A stretch of 63,370 bases of DNA, the filler included, from a bacterium (GTDB taxonomy: Bacteria; JAMORN01): the NCBI GenBank assembly GCA_027063545.1. It is 15 parts of 15 records of this genome, joined end to end, with 100 filler letters (N's around TTAATTAATTAA, not from the genome) between each part and the next. Parts side by side here need not be neighbours in the genome. Positions count along the whole stretch, not along the records: positions 32,268 to 40,623 come from JAMORN010000064.1; positions 40,724 to 43,170 come from JAMORN010000065.1; positions 43,271 to 54,079 come from JAMORN010000066.1; 12 more parts are not named here. One strand, written 5' to 3'. Below are positions 33,745-43,860 of the stretch, in pieces. Position numbers and translations under genes: made by a program. The number at the start of each line of letters is the position of its first letter. Positions within the stretch are counted from its first letter, which is position 1. The notes under the pieces are model-generated. The model was not told the origin of the DNA. It searched no databases and worked only from the letters and a program-made list of their open reading frames with translations.

Positions 33745-35568
33745 CTAATAATATTTCGTAAGAAGCATTATTTGAAGATCTGTTACTTTTTTAGTTTCTA
33801 TTGTGGTATCTGCTACTGTTCCTCCAGAACTAGCAGCACTTCCAGTAATATCTACTAAAACACCTAATGCCTCAAACTCCCCTAATACCGCTGGATCATA
33901 TACTAAATTAAAAGTAGTAGAGGCTCCACTATTTATACCTACAGGTGTATCTCCTTTAAATATCATTGCGCCATAAAACGTTCCAGCAAAAGTATTATAT
34001 TTTCCTCTATTTGATGTACTATCCCATACAAAACCCCTAAAATCTCCTTGGCCTCCAAAATTTTCTAACTTCGCGCCATTTTTTACTATTATACCAACTC
34101 TTCCCTCCTCTTTAACATTCCAAAAATTGCTTCCTACATTTACATCTACAGGCTCATCCATAACAAAAATTATTTTTTTGCTAAAATCTCCATACTGAAA
34201 GTTCCCTATATCTTTATCTATTTTTACTACTAAAAATCCTCCATTATCATTCAAAGAACCATTAATATGAAATGTCTTACCATTCAATGTGGCGACTCCA
34301 TCATCTGCTAAATCTTCCCAAAAAGAAGGCCCAAAATTATTTTTTAAAGTATTATTATAAAAATTTGGATCTCCAGATTGTGCATCCAAATCAGATAAAG
34401 AAAAATTTATTGTTAAATTATCTATATTGGCACTTGCTTCTTCCTCTTCTTGAGTATCTATTCCTATTTCATCAGGTGTAGGCACATCAATAGATGCATT
34501 ATTTTCTGCAACCGCTCCATCAGTTAAAATTAAATATCCCTTATTATTAGACTCATCTGTTGCAAATCTAACAACTCCTCCATCTTTTGTTAAAGTATTA
34601 TTCCAATTTACCACATCAGTATTTATTTCTAATGTATCTCCATATGAAGTTATTGTACTCATATCAAAAGGATTCCCTCCAATATATCCATATTTCCTGA
34701 AAATTATAGAACCATTAAAACTTTTAAAACCACCTACTAAATATGCATTTGTTTTAAAATCTACTAATACATCAACAATAACTTTCCCTCCTATATAAAA
34801 ATATTGAGCTGTATCAGAAAGTGTTAATCCTGAATTTAATATAACATCTCCTGGAATGTAAACATTTCCTGTTATAGTTGTATTTTGATCTATTTTAATG
34901 TCATTTGTTTGATTTACAACTTTTACATCTCCATAAATTATAGAACCTTGATTAAAAGTAGCCTCCCCTTCACAATATATATCACCTTGAACATTCCAAG
35001 CGGGATCCATATGCTCTATAGGACCTTGAGAATAAAAAGCATGTCTTACAGCAGTACCTCTTAGACTATTATTTGCTATTTTCATAAATGTATCCCAGCC
35101 CTCAATTCTATAAATAGCAAACATAGTCTTTTTAGAATTCTCTGGTCCATAACCTATAACCTTTACTTTTACTAATGAATTTGTTCTATCCACTTCCAAT
35201 ATTGCAAATTTAAATTTTTGAATATTAGAAAGCTGAACTTCTGTGGCTCCTAGTTCATTTGTAGTCCAAGCCCATGTAAAATCTCCAATATTACTTGAAC
35301 CACTATACCATAAAGTATCACTAAAAGAAGACATCAGATTCATCATTTGATCAGGATTCTGATTTACCAATTCTTTAAACCAATCTAAAGCACTTTCTGC
35401 TGCTTCTTCAGCTGTCTTTTTTTGATAAAAATCTCCTTGAATTTGTATATCTTTATTTGATAAATATAATATAGTCCCCCCCAATAATAAACTTACAAAT
35501 ATAAATGTAAGTACTACCATTAAAACATAACCTTCTCTACTCTTAGTTCTCTGAAATATATTTTTCAT
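33745..35568 (-). CDS. PilX/GspK-like minor pilin with long beta-rich C-terminal extension
   Basis: REG|YVLMVVLTF prepilin leader without Glu5; AEEAAESALD; repeated short beta strands (VQGDIY, IYGDVK, ITGNVY, IGGKV). Confidence 0.75.
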   Translation of the reverse strand: MKNIFQRTKSREGYVLMVVLTFIFVSLLLGGTILYLSNKDIQIQGDFYQKKTAEEAAESALDWFKELVNQNPDQMMNLMSSFSDTLWYSGSSNIGDFTWAWTTNELGATEVQLSNIQKFKFAILEVDRTNSLVKVKVIGYGPENSKKTMFAIYRIEGWDTFMKIANNSLRGTAVRHAFYSQGPIEHMDPAWNVQGDIYCEGEATFNQGSIIYGDVKVVNQTNDIKIDQNTTITGNVYIPGDVILNSGLTLSDTAQYFYIGGKVIVDVLVDFKTNAYLVGGFKSFNGSIIFRKYGYIGGNPFDMSTITSYGDTLEINTDVVNWNNTLTKDGGVVRFATDESNNKGYLILTDGAVAENNASIDVPTPDEIGIDTQEEEEASANIDNLTINFSLSDLDAQSGDPNFYNNTLKNNFGPSFWEDLADDGVATLNGKTFHINGSLNDNGGFLVVKIDKDIGNFQYGDFSKKIIFVMDEPVDVNVGSNFWNVKEEGRVGIIVKNGAKLENFGGQGDFRGFVWDSTSNRGKYNTFAGTFYGAMIFKGDTPVGINSGASTTFNLVYDPAVLGEFEALGVLVDITGSAASSGGTVADTTIETKKVTDLQIMLLTKYY

Positions 35569-35590
35569 CTCTTCATCCCCCTTATTTTTT

Positions 35591-37885
35591 TTATTTATTA
35601 TAATTACTTAATGTTATCCCCACACCGCAATCAGGAATTGCTGAAAAAAATGTAAATTTAATATAATGATGATCTGCTTGTGGTCCAATTAAAAATATAT
35701 ACCAATCAGGACCTCCTGTTGCAGATGAAATTAAAGTACCACTTCCATCTGGTGAATACCATTCTACTTGTACTTTTGGTATTTGAGCACCATTACTATT
35801 AAATTCTATTTTCCAAAATGGATTCCAATAAGGGTTTCCTTCGCCTGGATAAGATTTAGCCCATACATATAATTCATTGCTAGTATTTACATCTGTTGGA
35901 TATATAATATACTCTGTATTACAATCCCACTCCCTACATTTACATTTATCCGAGCCATCAGCACCAAGATAATGATCCCATGTAGCACAACCTCCTCCAC
36001 CACCTGCTATATCAAAATTCGCTGTAATATTCATATCTCTATTCATTACTATAGTTAAAGGATTATTAGTTGCTGTAGTATCTCCACTCCATCCGGAAAA
36101 AGTATAACCAGTGTTAGGAGTTGCAGTTATAGTAACAGATGTCCCTTTTTTATAAGTACCACTTGCTGGATCAACACTACCATAGCTAGCATCTGGAGAT
36201 ACTGTTACATTTAAACTATAGGCCGGACAACCATTATAGTCAGCTGTTCCTGGATCATTTGGACACTCATCACAAGCATCTCCTATTCCATCTCCATCTG
36301 TATCTTCTTGATTTGGATTAGCATCATTAGGACAATTATCGCAAAGATCCCCCACATCATCATTATCTGCATCAGCCTGATCAGCATTAGAAACATCAGC
36401 ACAATTATCACACACATCACCTACCCCATCACCATCTGTATCTGTTTGATTAGGATCATAATCTTCAGGACAAACATCACAAGCATCTCCAATACCATCA
36501 TTATCCTGATCCTCCTGATCTGGATTGGCTACATTAGAACAATTATCTGTAGAATCAGGAACTCCATCATTATCAGCATCTGCAACTCCAATACTTCCTG
36601 AACCTGCCCCAGAAGTATCAGGAGACAATCCTGAAGAACTAATACCACTTCCTGATAAATCAGGTGTTACTCCATTTTGAGGCACAGGAATTACAATAGA
36701 GAATAATCTCCTTTCGAATTTATCATTAAATGCTAGCTGAATATTTCCTATTTTAAAAGTATCATTTAAAACCTTATTTAATTCTCTTCTTGTTCTAGCT
36801 AAAATTGAAACCTTTATTGCTCTTACAAATGGCTTTGCTGCACTCCAAGAGCTATAACCTAATTGAGATAATGTAGTATCTTCTGTAATATATTTATTAA
36901 GTTCATCACCAACCCAGTAATATCTTCCCAAACTTTTCTCTACAACCACTATATCTTTCATATAAAAAGTAGGAGTTACCACATCATTATTGTTAAAAGT
37001 AAATCCTAAATACATATCTGCTGTGGTATCCGCTGTAAAATAGAAATCTATCTTAATAAAATTTGTATCTAAATAATAAATAGATGCTATCTTCTTATAA
37101 AAACTTGCTGTTGTTGTCCATAATCCTAAACTTAAATCTTCATAAGTTGCACTAGAATCTTTATCACTTAATTTATCTTTTGCTATATAAAATTTTACAT
37201 AATACTTAGCACCTGCTTTTAATTTTAACACATTATTTGTATATAATATACTAGAACCATCTATGTATTGTTTATAATTAATCTGTCCTGTAGAAGTAAT
37301 TGTTAAATGCCCCTTTAAAGGATTCCAAAACCAATCACTTGAAACTGTAGAATTTCCTGTTTTTACCATGGTATCATTAGATCCCAATATACCAAACTCT
37401 ACTTGAAAAGCTTCAACATTTCTAACTAATGTGTAAGGAGTTCTGCCTTTATATGCATGCTTTATAGTTCTAGTTGCTGGATCATAATAAAAAGCCTCTG
37501 CTATAATAGTGTCTGGACTTCCATTCGAATTTAAACGTAAATATCTAATAGCTAAACTATCCCCTCTAGAAGCTTGTGTTGTAAAATCGTATTCTCTTAC
37601 TTCAAAAGAGCTTCCATCAGATAAAACAACTCCTGGATATACCCCTTTTACTATTGTCCCAGCACTATCATACATATAAGTTTTATAACCTGTATTTGAT
37701 ATTCTTTTTGCCAAAAAATTTATTGCATCTCTTGCATCCTCAACAGTAGTTTGAGAAATAGTTTGCTCCAAAAATCTCTTATTAGAATAAAAAAATGCTT
37801 GTAAAACAGCAGCTACCACTATAAAGGATAAAAAAGCATAAATTAAAAGTTCAATTAAAGTAACTCCTTTTTTAAATTTTTTCAT
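35591..37885 (-). CDS. PilW-like minor pilin fused to TSP3 repeats, an InlB-B-type repeat and a C-terminal domain
   Basis: [12 protein letters not shown] leader; [10 protein letters not shown] and [12 protein letters not shown] PilW motifs; DxDxDGxxDxCDNCP repeats; [19 protein letters not shown]. Confidence 0.8.
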   Translation of the reverse strand: MKKFKKGVTLIELLIYAFLSFIVVAAVLQAFFYSNKRFLEQTISQTTVEDARDAINFLAKRISNTGYKTYMYDSAGTIVKGVYPGVVLSDGSSFEVREYDFTTQASRGDSLAIRYLRLNSNGSPDTIIAEAFYYDPATRTIKHAYKGRTPYTLVRNVEAFQVEFGILGSNDTMVKTGNSTVSSDWFWNPLKGHLTITSTGQINYKQYIDGSSILYTNNVLKLKAGAKYYVKFYIAKDKLSDKDSSATYEDLSLGLWTTTASFYKKIASIYYLDTNFIKIDFYFTADTTADMYLGFTFNNNDVVTPTFYMKDIVVVEKSLGRYYWVGDELNKYITEDTTLSQLGYSSWSAAKPFVRAIKVSILARTRRELNKVLNDTFKIGNIQLAFNDKFERRLFSIVIPVPQNGVTPDLSGSGISSSGLSPDTSGAGSGSIGVADADNDGVPDSTDNCSNVANPDQEDQDNDGIGDACDVCPEDYDPNQTDTDGDGVGDVCDNCADVSNADQADADNDDVGDLCDNCPNDANPNQEDTDGDGIGDACDECPNDPGTADYNGCPAYSLNVTVSPDASYGSVDPASGTYKKGTSVTITATPNTGYTFSGWSGDTTATNNPLTIVMNRDMNITANFDIAGGGGGCATWDHYLGADGSDKCKCREWDCNTEYIIYPTDVNTSNELYVWAKSYPGEGNPYWNPFWKIEFNSNGAQIPKVQVEWYSPDGSGTLISSATGGPDWYIFLIGPQADHHYIKFTFFSAIPDCGVGITLSNYNK
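36224..36584 (-). repeat. Thrombospondin type 3 (Ca-binding) repeat tract in the PilW-like protein
   Basis: About five NPxQxDxDxDGxGDxCDxC units. Confidence 0.85.
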
Positions 37886-38316
37886 CGTACAACTCCTGTG
37901 AGGGTTATGGTTTTCTTATTATAAGCACCAGTCCCCCCCTGATACCATTCTATAGTCACTGTTATTCTTTTAGCTATACTACTAGTTGATAAAGGAGTAA
38001 TTTGAATTATTCTAATAAAAGTTTTTCCTGAAACTCTTACTGTATCAACAATAGGAGAGGTAGTAGCCTCAATACCCTCAGCTCCTATACCTCTATATGA
38101 AGCTATTGTTGATTTAGCTAAATCTGTAGCTAATTCTGTTCTATAACTCATTTCTATAAATTTATATCCTGCAACCTCCATAAGGAGAGCTTGAGATAAT
38201 GCCAAAGCGAAAATTACCATAGCCACTAAAAGCTCTAATAAAGAAGCTCCTTTTAATCTCTTATTTTTTATCTTATTACATAATATATTAAATCTCTCAG
38301 CCAAAAACATAAACAC
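37882..38316 (-). CDS. PilV-like minor pilin
   Basis: [16 protein letters not shown] leader with Glu5; [13 protein letters not shown] overlap with the next gene. Confidence 0.8.
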   Translation of the reverse strand: MFMFLAERFNILCNKIKNKRLKGASLLELLVAMVIFALALSQALLMEVAGYKFIEMSYRTELATDLAKSTIASYRGIGAEGIEATTSPIVDTVRVSGKTFIRIIQITPLSTSSIAKRITVTIEWYQGGTGAYNKKTITLTGVVR

Positions 38317-38459
38317 GCCTCCTTTATATCCTTTCTAAATATATTATAAATTTATATATATAGGAATTCAATAGAAAATTCTAATATAGATATATTTTTT
38401 GAATTAATATTGAACTTTATTAATATTGAATTTAAAAGAAATTATAATTAAAAAAATAA

Positions 38460-38532
38460 TAGCGGCGTTGGGACTCGAACCCAAGACCCAGGGATTATGA
38501 TTCCCTTGCTCTACCAACTGAGCTACGCCGCC
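38460..38532 (-). tRNA. tRNA-Met(CAT), elongator type
   Basis: Reverse complement GGCGGCGTAGCTCAGTTGGTAGAGCAAGGGAAT-CAT-AATCCCTGGGTCTTGGGTTCGAGTCCCAACGCCGCTA; paired position 1, no initiator GGG/CCC anticodon-stem end. Confidence 0.93.
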
Positions 38533-38684
38533 ATCCTAATAACAATCTCAACTTCTAGTACAGAAATATAATTTTTAAAATTGATTTTTTCAAGATTTTC
38601 AATATATAAAAAATAGTTAAAAATAACTATTACATTAAGTTGTGAATTTAATCATAACCATATCTTATTAATTACTAAATATTT

Positions 38685-38732
38685 ATACTATATATAGTAT
38701 TATTTATAAAAAAATACCACAATATATAGTAA
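38685..38732. promoter_or_regulatory. Tandem NrdR boxes
   Basis: ATACTATATATAGTAT (38685) and CCACAATATATAGTAA (38717), 32 bp apart, upstream of nrdD; consensus acaCwAtATaTwGtg. Confidence 0.85.
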
Positions 38733-38840
38733 TAAAATGTTTGACTTTTCTATTTTTTGTTTTTATTTATTTATTTTATCTAATACAGGTACTAAAAATT
38801 ATAGCAAACTATAAATAGCTAAAAATCAAGGAGATATAGT

Positions 38841-40999
38841 ATGTCTGTAAAAACTACAAAATTGAAATTTATAAAGAAAAGAGATGGAAGACTTGTAGCT
38901 TTTAATCCTGAAAAAATAGTAAATGCTATAATGAAAGCTCAAAAAGCTGTAGGATATGAAGATAGGCAAGAGGCAGAAAAAATTACAAAAAAAGTTATAG
39001 AAGTATTGGAGTTAATTTTTAAAGGTGAAGATGCGCCTACTGTTGAAAATGTACAAGATTTAGTAGAGAAATTCTTAATAGAAAGTGGAAATGCTGATGT
39101 TGCAAAAAGATACATCTTATATCGTCATCAACATGCAGAACTTAGAAACATTAAGAAACTTCTTGAAGGTGCTATAGAGTTAGTGGATTCATATCTAACA
39201 AAAAGTGATTGGAGAGTAAGAGAAAATTCAAATATGAGTTTTTCTCTTCAAGGATTAAATAATCACATATCCTCACAAATAACCCAATATTACTGGTTAC
39301 ATAAAATATATCCTCCTGAAATAAGAGAAGCTCATCTATCAGGGGATTTTCATATTCACGATTTAGGGCTCTTATCTGTATATTGTTGTGGTTGGGATCT
39401 TCAAGATTTACTTTTTAGAGGATTTGGTGGTGTTCCAGGAAAAGTTGAATCTAAACCTCCTAAACATTTTAAAACAGCTCTTGGACAAATTGTAAACTTT
39501 TTCTACACAATGCAAGGGGAAGCAGCTGGAGCTCAAGCTTTAGCAAATTTTGATACATATTTAGCTCCTTTTGTTGCTTATGATAATCTATCTTACAAAG
39601 AAGTTAAACAGGCTATGCAAGAGTTTATTTTTAATTTAAATATACCTACAAGAGTTGGTTTTCAAACACCATTTACAAATCTAACAATGGATTTAAAAGT
39701 ACCTAAAAATATGGAAAATCAACCTGTTATTATTGGGGGCAGTTTCTGGGATGACCATGTATATGGAGAATTCCAAAAAGAAATGGATATGATAAACCGT
39801 GCCTTTGCTGAAGTTATGATGGAAGGAGACGCAAAAGGTAGAATCTTTACATTCCCTATTCCAACATATAATATCTCTAAAGATTTTGAGTGGGAAAATC
39901 ATAATCTTGATCCTATATGGGAAATGACTGGAAAATATGGAATTCCTTATTTTGCTAACTTTATAAATTCAGATATGGATCCTGAAGATGCAAGAAGTAT
40001 GTGTTGTCGTTTAAGACTTGATAATAGAGAATTAAGAAAAAGAGGAGGAGGTCTTTTTGGTTCAAATCCATTAACTGGATCTATAGGGGTGGTAACAATT
40101 AACCTACCTAGAATTGCTTATCTATCAGAAACAGAAGAAGAATTTTTTGATAGACTAGCTAGACTTATGGATTTAGCAAAAGAATCTCTAGAAATTAAAA
40201 GAAAAGTATTAACTAAATTTACAGAAGAAGGGCTATATCCTTACTCTAAAGTTTACTTAGAGGGAATAAAAAGACGCCAAGGAGACTACTGGGCAAATCA
40301 TTTCTCTACAATAGGCCTTGTTGGAATGAATGAAACTTGTCTTAATCTATTTGGGGAAGATATAACATCTGTAAAAGGTAGAGAGTTTGCTATTAGAGTA
40401 CTTAAATTTATGAGGGATAGAATTCAAGAATATCAAATTGAAACCGGAAATTTATATAACTTAGAAGCTACACCAGCAGAAGGTACATCATATAGACTTG
40501 CAAAGATAGATAAAGAGAAATTTCCTGATATTATAACATCTGGTAAAGATAAGCCTTATTATACTAATTCTACTCAATTACCTGTAAATGCTACAGAAGA
40601 CATATTTGAAGCTTTAGAACATCNNNNNNNNNNNNNNNNNNNNNNNNNNNNNNNNNNNNNNNNNNNNTTAATTAATTAANNNNNNNNNNNNNNNNNNNNN
40701 NNNNNNNNNNNNNNNNNNNNNNNTTACAATCTTTATATACAGGAGGAACTGTTTTACATATATTCTTAGGAGAGAAAATTGATGATGTTGATACTGTTAA
40801 ATATTTAGTTAAAACAATTGCTGAAAATTACACATTACCTTATTTTTCCCTTACACCAACATTTAGTATCTGTCCTATCCATGGATATATACCAGGAGAA
40901 CATGCTGAATGTCCTATCTGTAAAGCTGAAAAAGAACAAAAATTAAAATTAGAATTGAAAAAATTAGAAAAACAATTACAAATGTTAGAAGGAAAATAA
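38841..40999 (+). CDS. nrdD: Class III (anaerobic) ribonucleotide reductase catalytic chain, lacking the glycyl-radical loop; spans the linker at 40624..40723
   Basis: ATP cone (IKKRDGR), HIHDL, YCCGW, RSMCCRL, EATPAE, YYTNST; after the gap LQSLYTGGTVLH...CPIHGY...CPIC-KAEKEQKLKLELKKLEKQLQMLEGK*. Confidence 0.93.
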
Positions 41000-41000
41000 A

Positions 41001-41165
41001 ATGAATAAAGAGGAATTACTAAAAAAAATAAAAGAAATAAAAAAAGAAATGAAAAATATAAGAGGTACAGAGACTAAAGTTGTATATAGAATCGGATGTA
41101 GAGAATTTGACAAAGACCACACCATTGAAAATGGTGTTATAATAAACTTAAATAACAAAAAATAA
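41001..41165 (+). CDS. 54-aa paralog of the NrdD glycyl-radical subunit lacking the RxxGY motif (not in the ORF track)
   Basis: MNKEELLKKIKEIKKEMKNIRGTETKVVYRIGCREFDKDHTIENGVIINLNNKK*; starts 1 nt after the nrdD stop, AAGGA RBS; 16 of first 30 aa identical to 41184..41381. Confidence 0.75.
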   Translation: MNKEELLKKIKEIKKEMKNIRGTETKVVYRIGCREFDKDHTIENGVIINLNNKK

Positions 41166-41183
41166 TCAAAAAAGGAGTGTAAA

Positions 41184-41381
41184 ATGAACAGAGAAGAATT
41201 AATGAAAAAGATTCAAGAATTAAAACAAGAGCTTGAAAATGTAAAAGGTACACCTACTGAAATCTACTCAAGAGTTGTAGGATATTATAGACCTGTTCAA
41301 CAATGGAATGATGGAAAGCAAGAAGAATTTAAAGAAAGAAAAGTATTTAAAGTATCAACACCTGTAAACTCTAATACATAA
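41184..41381 (+). CDS. Stand-alone glycyl-radical subunit of class III RNR
   Basis: TEIYSRVVGYYRPVQQWNDGKQEEFKER is the NrdD C-terminal radical loop; AAGGAG RBS; N-terminal heptad helix. Confidence 0.92.
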   Translation: MNREELMKKIQELKQELENVKGTPTEIYSRVVGYYRPVQQWNDGKQEEFKERKVFKVSTPVNSNT

Positions 41382-41383
41382 TT

Positions 41384-42127
41384 ATGATTACAGAAAAGTT
41401 ATCTAAACAAGAAATAAACTCCCTGGAAGCCTTACCTATTTATGGCTTTCAGGGAGTAACTCTTATAGATTTCCCTAAACATCAGGCATCTATAGTTTTT
41501 ATTGGTGGATGTAATCTTAGATGTCCATATTGTCATAACAAAGAATTAGTATTTTTAAATCCTAAAGATAGACTTGATTACAAAAATATTTTAGAAAAAA
41601 TAGAGAAACGAAAAAAAATAATAAATGGGGTATCTATAACTGGTGGAGAACCTCTATTATATGATGAAATCTTTGATTTTATAAAAGTATTAAAGGAAAA
41701 ATTACAATTAGAGGTTAAAATTGATACAAACGGAACTAGGTATAAAAGATTGGAATATATAATTGAAAATAAACTTGTTGATTACATTGCAATGGATTTT
41801 AAAACAATACCTTCAAAATACAAATTACTGGGAATCCAATCAGAAGAAGATTTGGAAAGTATTCTTATCTCTGTAGACATTCTTAAAAAAACAGATATCC
41901 CAAATGAATATAGACTTACTGCTGCGCCTTATATTATTGAAAAGGATGATCTGGAAGAATATGGAAGCATAGTTAAAGGTGGGCAAAAACTTTTTATACA
42001 ACAATTTTATCCTAGAAATACCCTATCCGATGAATATCTAAATGTTAAGCCTTATAATATAAAAGAGCTAGAAAAATTTGCTCAAATACTATCAAAATAT
42101 ATTCCTACTAAAATTAGAGGAATATAG
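41384..42127 (+). CDS. nrdG: Anaerobic RNR activating enzyme (radical SAM)
   Basis: TLIDFP, GCNLRCPYCHN, ITGGEP, KIDTNG, DYIAMDFK. Confidence 0.93.
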   Translation: MITEKLSKQEINSLEALPIYGFQGVTLIDFPKHQASIVFIGGCNLRCPYCHNKELVFLNPKDRLDYKNILEKIEKRKKIINGVSITGGEPLLYDEIFDFIKVLKEKLQLEVKIDTNGTRYKRLEYIIENKLVDYIAMDFKTIPSKYKLLGIQSEEDLESILISVDILKKTDIPNEYRLTAAPYIIEKDDLEEYGSIVKGGQKLFIQQFYPRNTLSDEYLNVKPYNIKELEKFAQILSKYIPTKIRGI

Positions 42128-42226
42128 ATTATAAACTTTTTGATTTAAATTCTTAACTTTATTATTTTCAAATATAAAGAAAGATAAAAATAATTTTTTT
42201 TTATTATTTGAAGGAGGATAAAAAAA

Positions 42227-43170
42227 ATGGGTCTATTGGACTTTTTTAATATTTTTAATTTTTCAAATTATGATATGGCTATAGATCTAGGTACTGCCAA
42301 TACATTAATATATGTAAAAGGTAAAGGTATTGTTATTAATCAACCTTCTGTGGTTGCTATAAATAAAGATACAAAGGAAATAATTGCTGTCGGTAAAGAA
42401 GCAAAGGAAATGATTGGAAGAACTCCTAAAGGTAAAGAAGCTATAAGACCTCTTAAAGATGGAGTTATTGCCGATTTTACTCTTACTACGTACATGTTAG
42501 ATTATTTTATTAAGCAAGTATATAAAAATAGATTTATCCATCCTAGAGTTTTAGTTGCTGTTCCATCTGGAATAACAGAAGTTGAAAAAAAAGCTGTTAT
42601 AGAAACTGTGGAAAATGCTGGTGCCAGAGAAGTATTCTTAATTTCAGAGCCTATAGCTGCTGCTATAGGTGTTGATATACCTATAGAAAAATCTTCTGGA
42701 AATATGGTTATTGATATAGGTGGTGGAACAACTGAAATTGCGGTATTATCTCTATCTGGAATCGTTGCATCTGAAAGTTTAAAAGTAGCAGGTGATGAAA
42801 TGAATAAAGCTATAATGAGTTATTTAAGATCAAACTATAGAGTATCTATTGGAGAAAATACTGCTGAAGAAATTAAAATAAAAGCTGGTAGTGCTGTTGA
42901 GTTAGAAGAAGAGATTACTGTTGAAGTAAAAGGTAAAAGTACAACAACACCTACACCTATATATTTTCAAATATCTTCTAAGCAGATTAGAGAAGCTCTA
43001 CAAGAACCTATTAATAAAATTATAGAAGGAGTAAAAAGAACTTTAGAAAAAGTACCTCCAGAGCTTGCATCTGATATTTATTCTAAAGGAATTATTATGA
43101 CAGGAGGGGGTAGTTTATTGAAGGGTCTTGATAAAAAAATATCTGAAGAAGTAAATCTTCCTGTAAGGGT
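42227..43170 (+). CDS. mreB: Rod shape-determining protein MreB; 3' truncated
   Basis: AIDLGTANT, RPLKDGVIADF, DIGGGTTE, MTGGGSLL. Confidence 0.96.
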
Positions 43171-43270
43171 NNNNNNNNNNNNNNNNNNNNNNNNNNNNNN
43201 NNNNNNNNNNNNNNTTAATTAATTAANNNNNNNNNNNNNNNNNNNNNNNNNNNNNNNNNNNNNNNNNNNN

Positions 43271-43860
43271 CTTTTACAGTTTTATCAGTACCAGGACATT
43301 TATCTTTCACATCAGGAATACCATCTTGGTCATTATCAGGATCAGGACAACCATCTTTGTCTTGGAATCCATCTATATCTTCTGGTTGGAACGGACATTT
43401 ATCATGTTTATCGTCTATACCATCATGATCAGAGTCTTTTATATTGTCAGGACATCCATCACTATCATCTATACCGTTTTTTGTTTCTGGTTGATTTGGA
43501 CATTTATCAAGTTGATCAGGAATACCGTCTTTATCATTATCTAGATCAGGACAACCATCATTGTCTTGGAATCCATCTAAGTCTTCTTTTGTAGATAACG
43601 CATCTTGATCAGTACCAGGACATTTATCATCAACATCTGCTATACCATCTTTATCATTATCAGGGTCAGGACAACCGTCATCATCTTGGAAACTATCGTA
43701 GTCTTCAGGATCATTAGGACATTTATCTTTTTTATCAGGTATTTTATCGAGATCGTTGTCAAGGTCAGGACAACCATCATCATCTTGAAAGCCATCAAAA
43801 TCTTCAGGCTCTGTAGGACATTTATCATATCTATCATTTATACCATCTTTATCCTGATCT
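43271..43860 (-). repeat. TSP3-like DGCPD repeat tract
   Basis: At least five EDxDGFQDxDGCPD-type units running into the linker. Confidence 0.85.

Noticed and set aside
38460-38532. tRNA-Met as attachment site of an island containing the pilin cassette
   Set aside because: No att duplication or mobility gene found between cstA and the tRNA; proximity alone is insufficient
40997-41183. Stop-codon readthrough or programmed frameshift joining nrdD to the radical loop
   Set aside because: Both small ORFs have their own RBS and ATG, stops intervene, and each piece has gained a terminal helix, which favours separate polypeptides
36224-43860. Repetitive DNA at 36224..36584 and 43271..43860 as possible CRISPR or DGR repeats
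   Set aside because: Explained by protein-level TSP3 repeats with synonymous variation; no constant repeat-spacer pattern, no cas or reverse transcriptase gene
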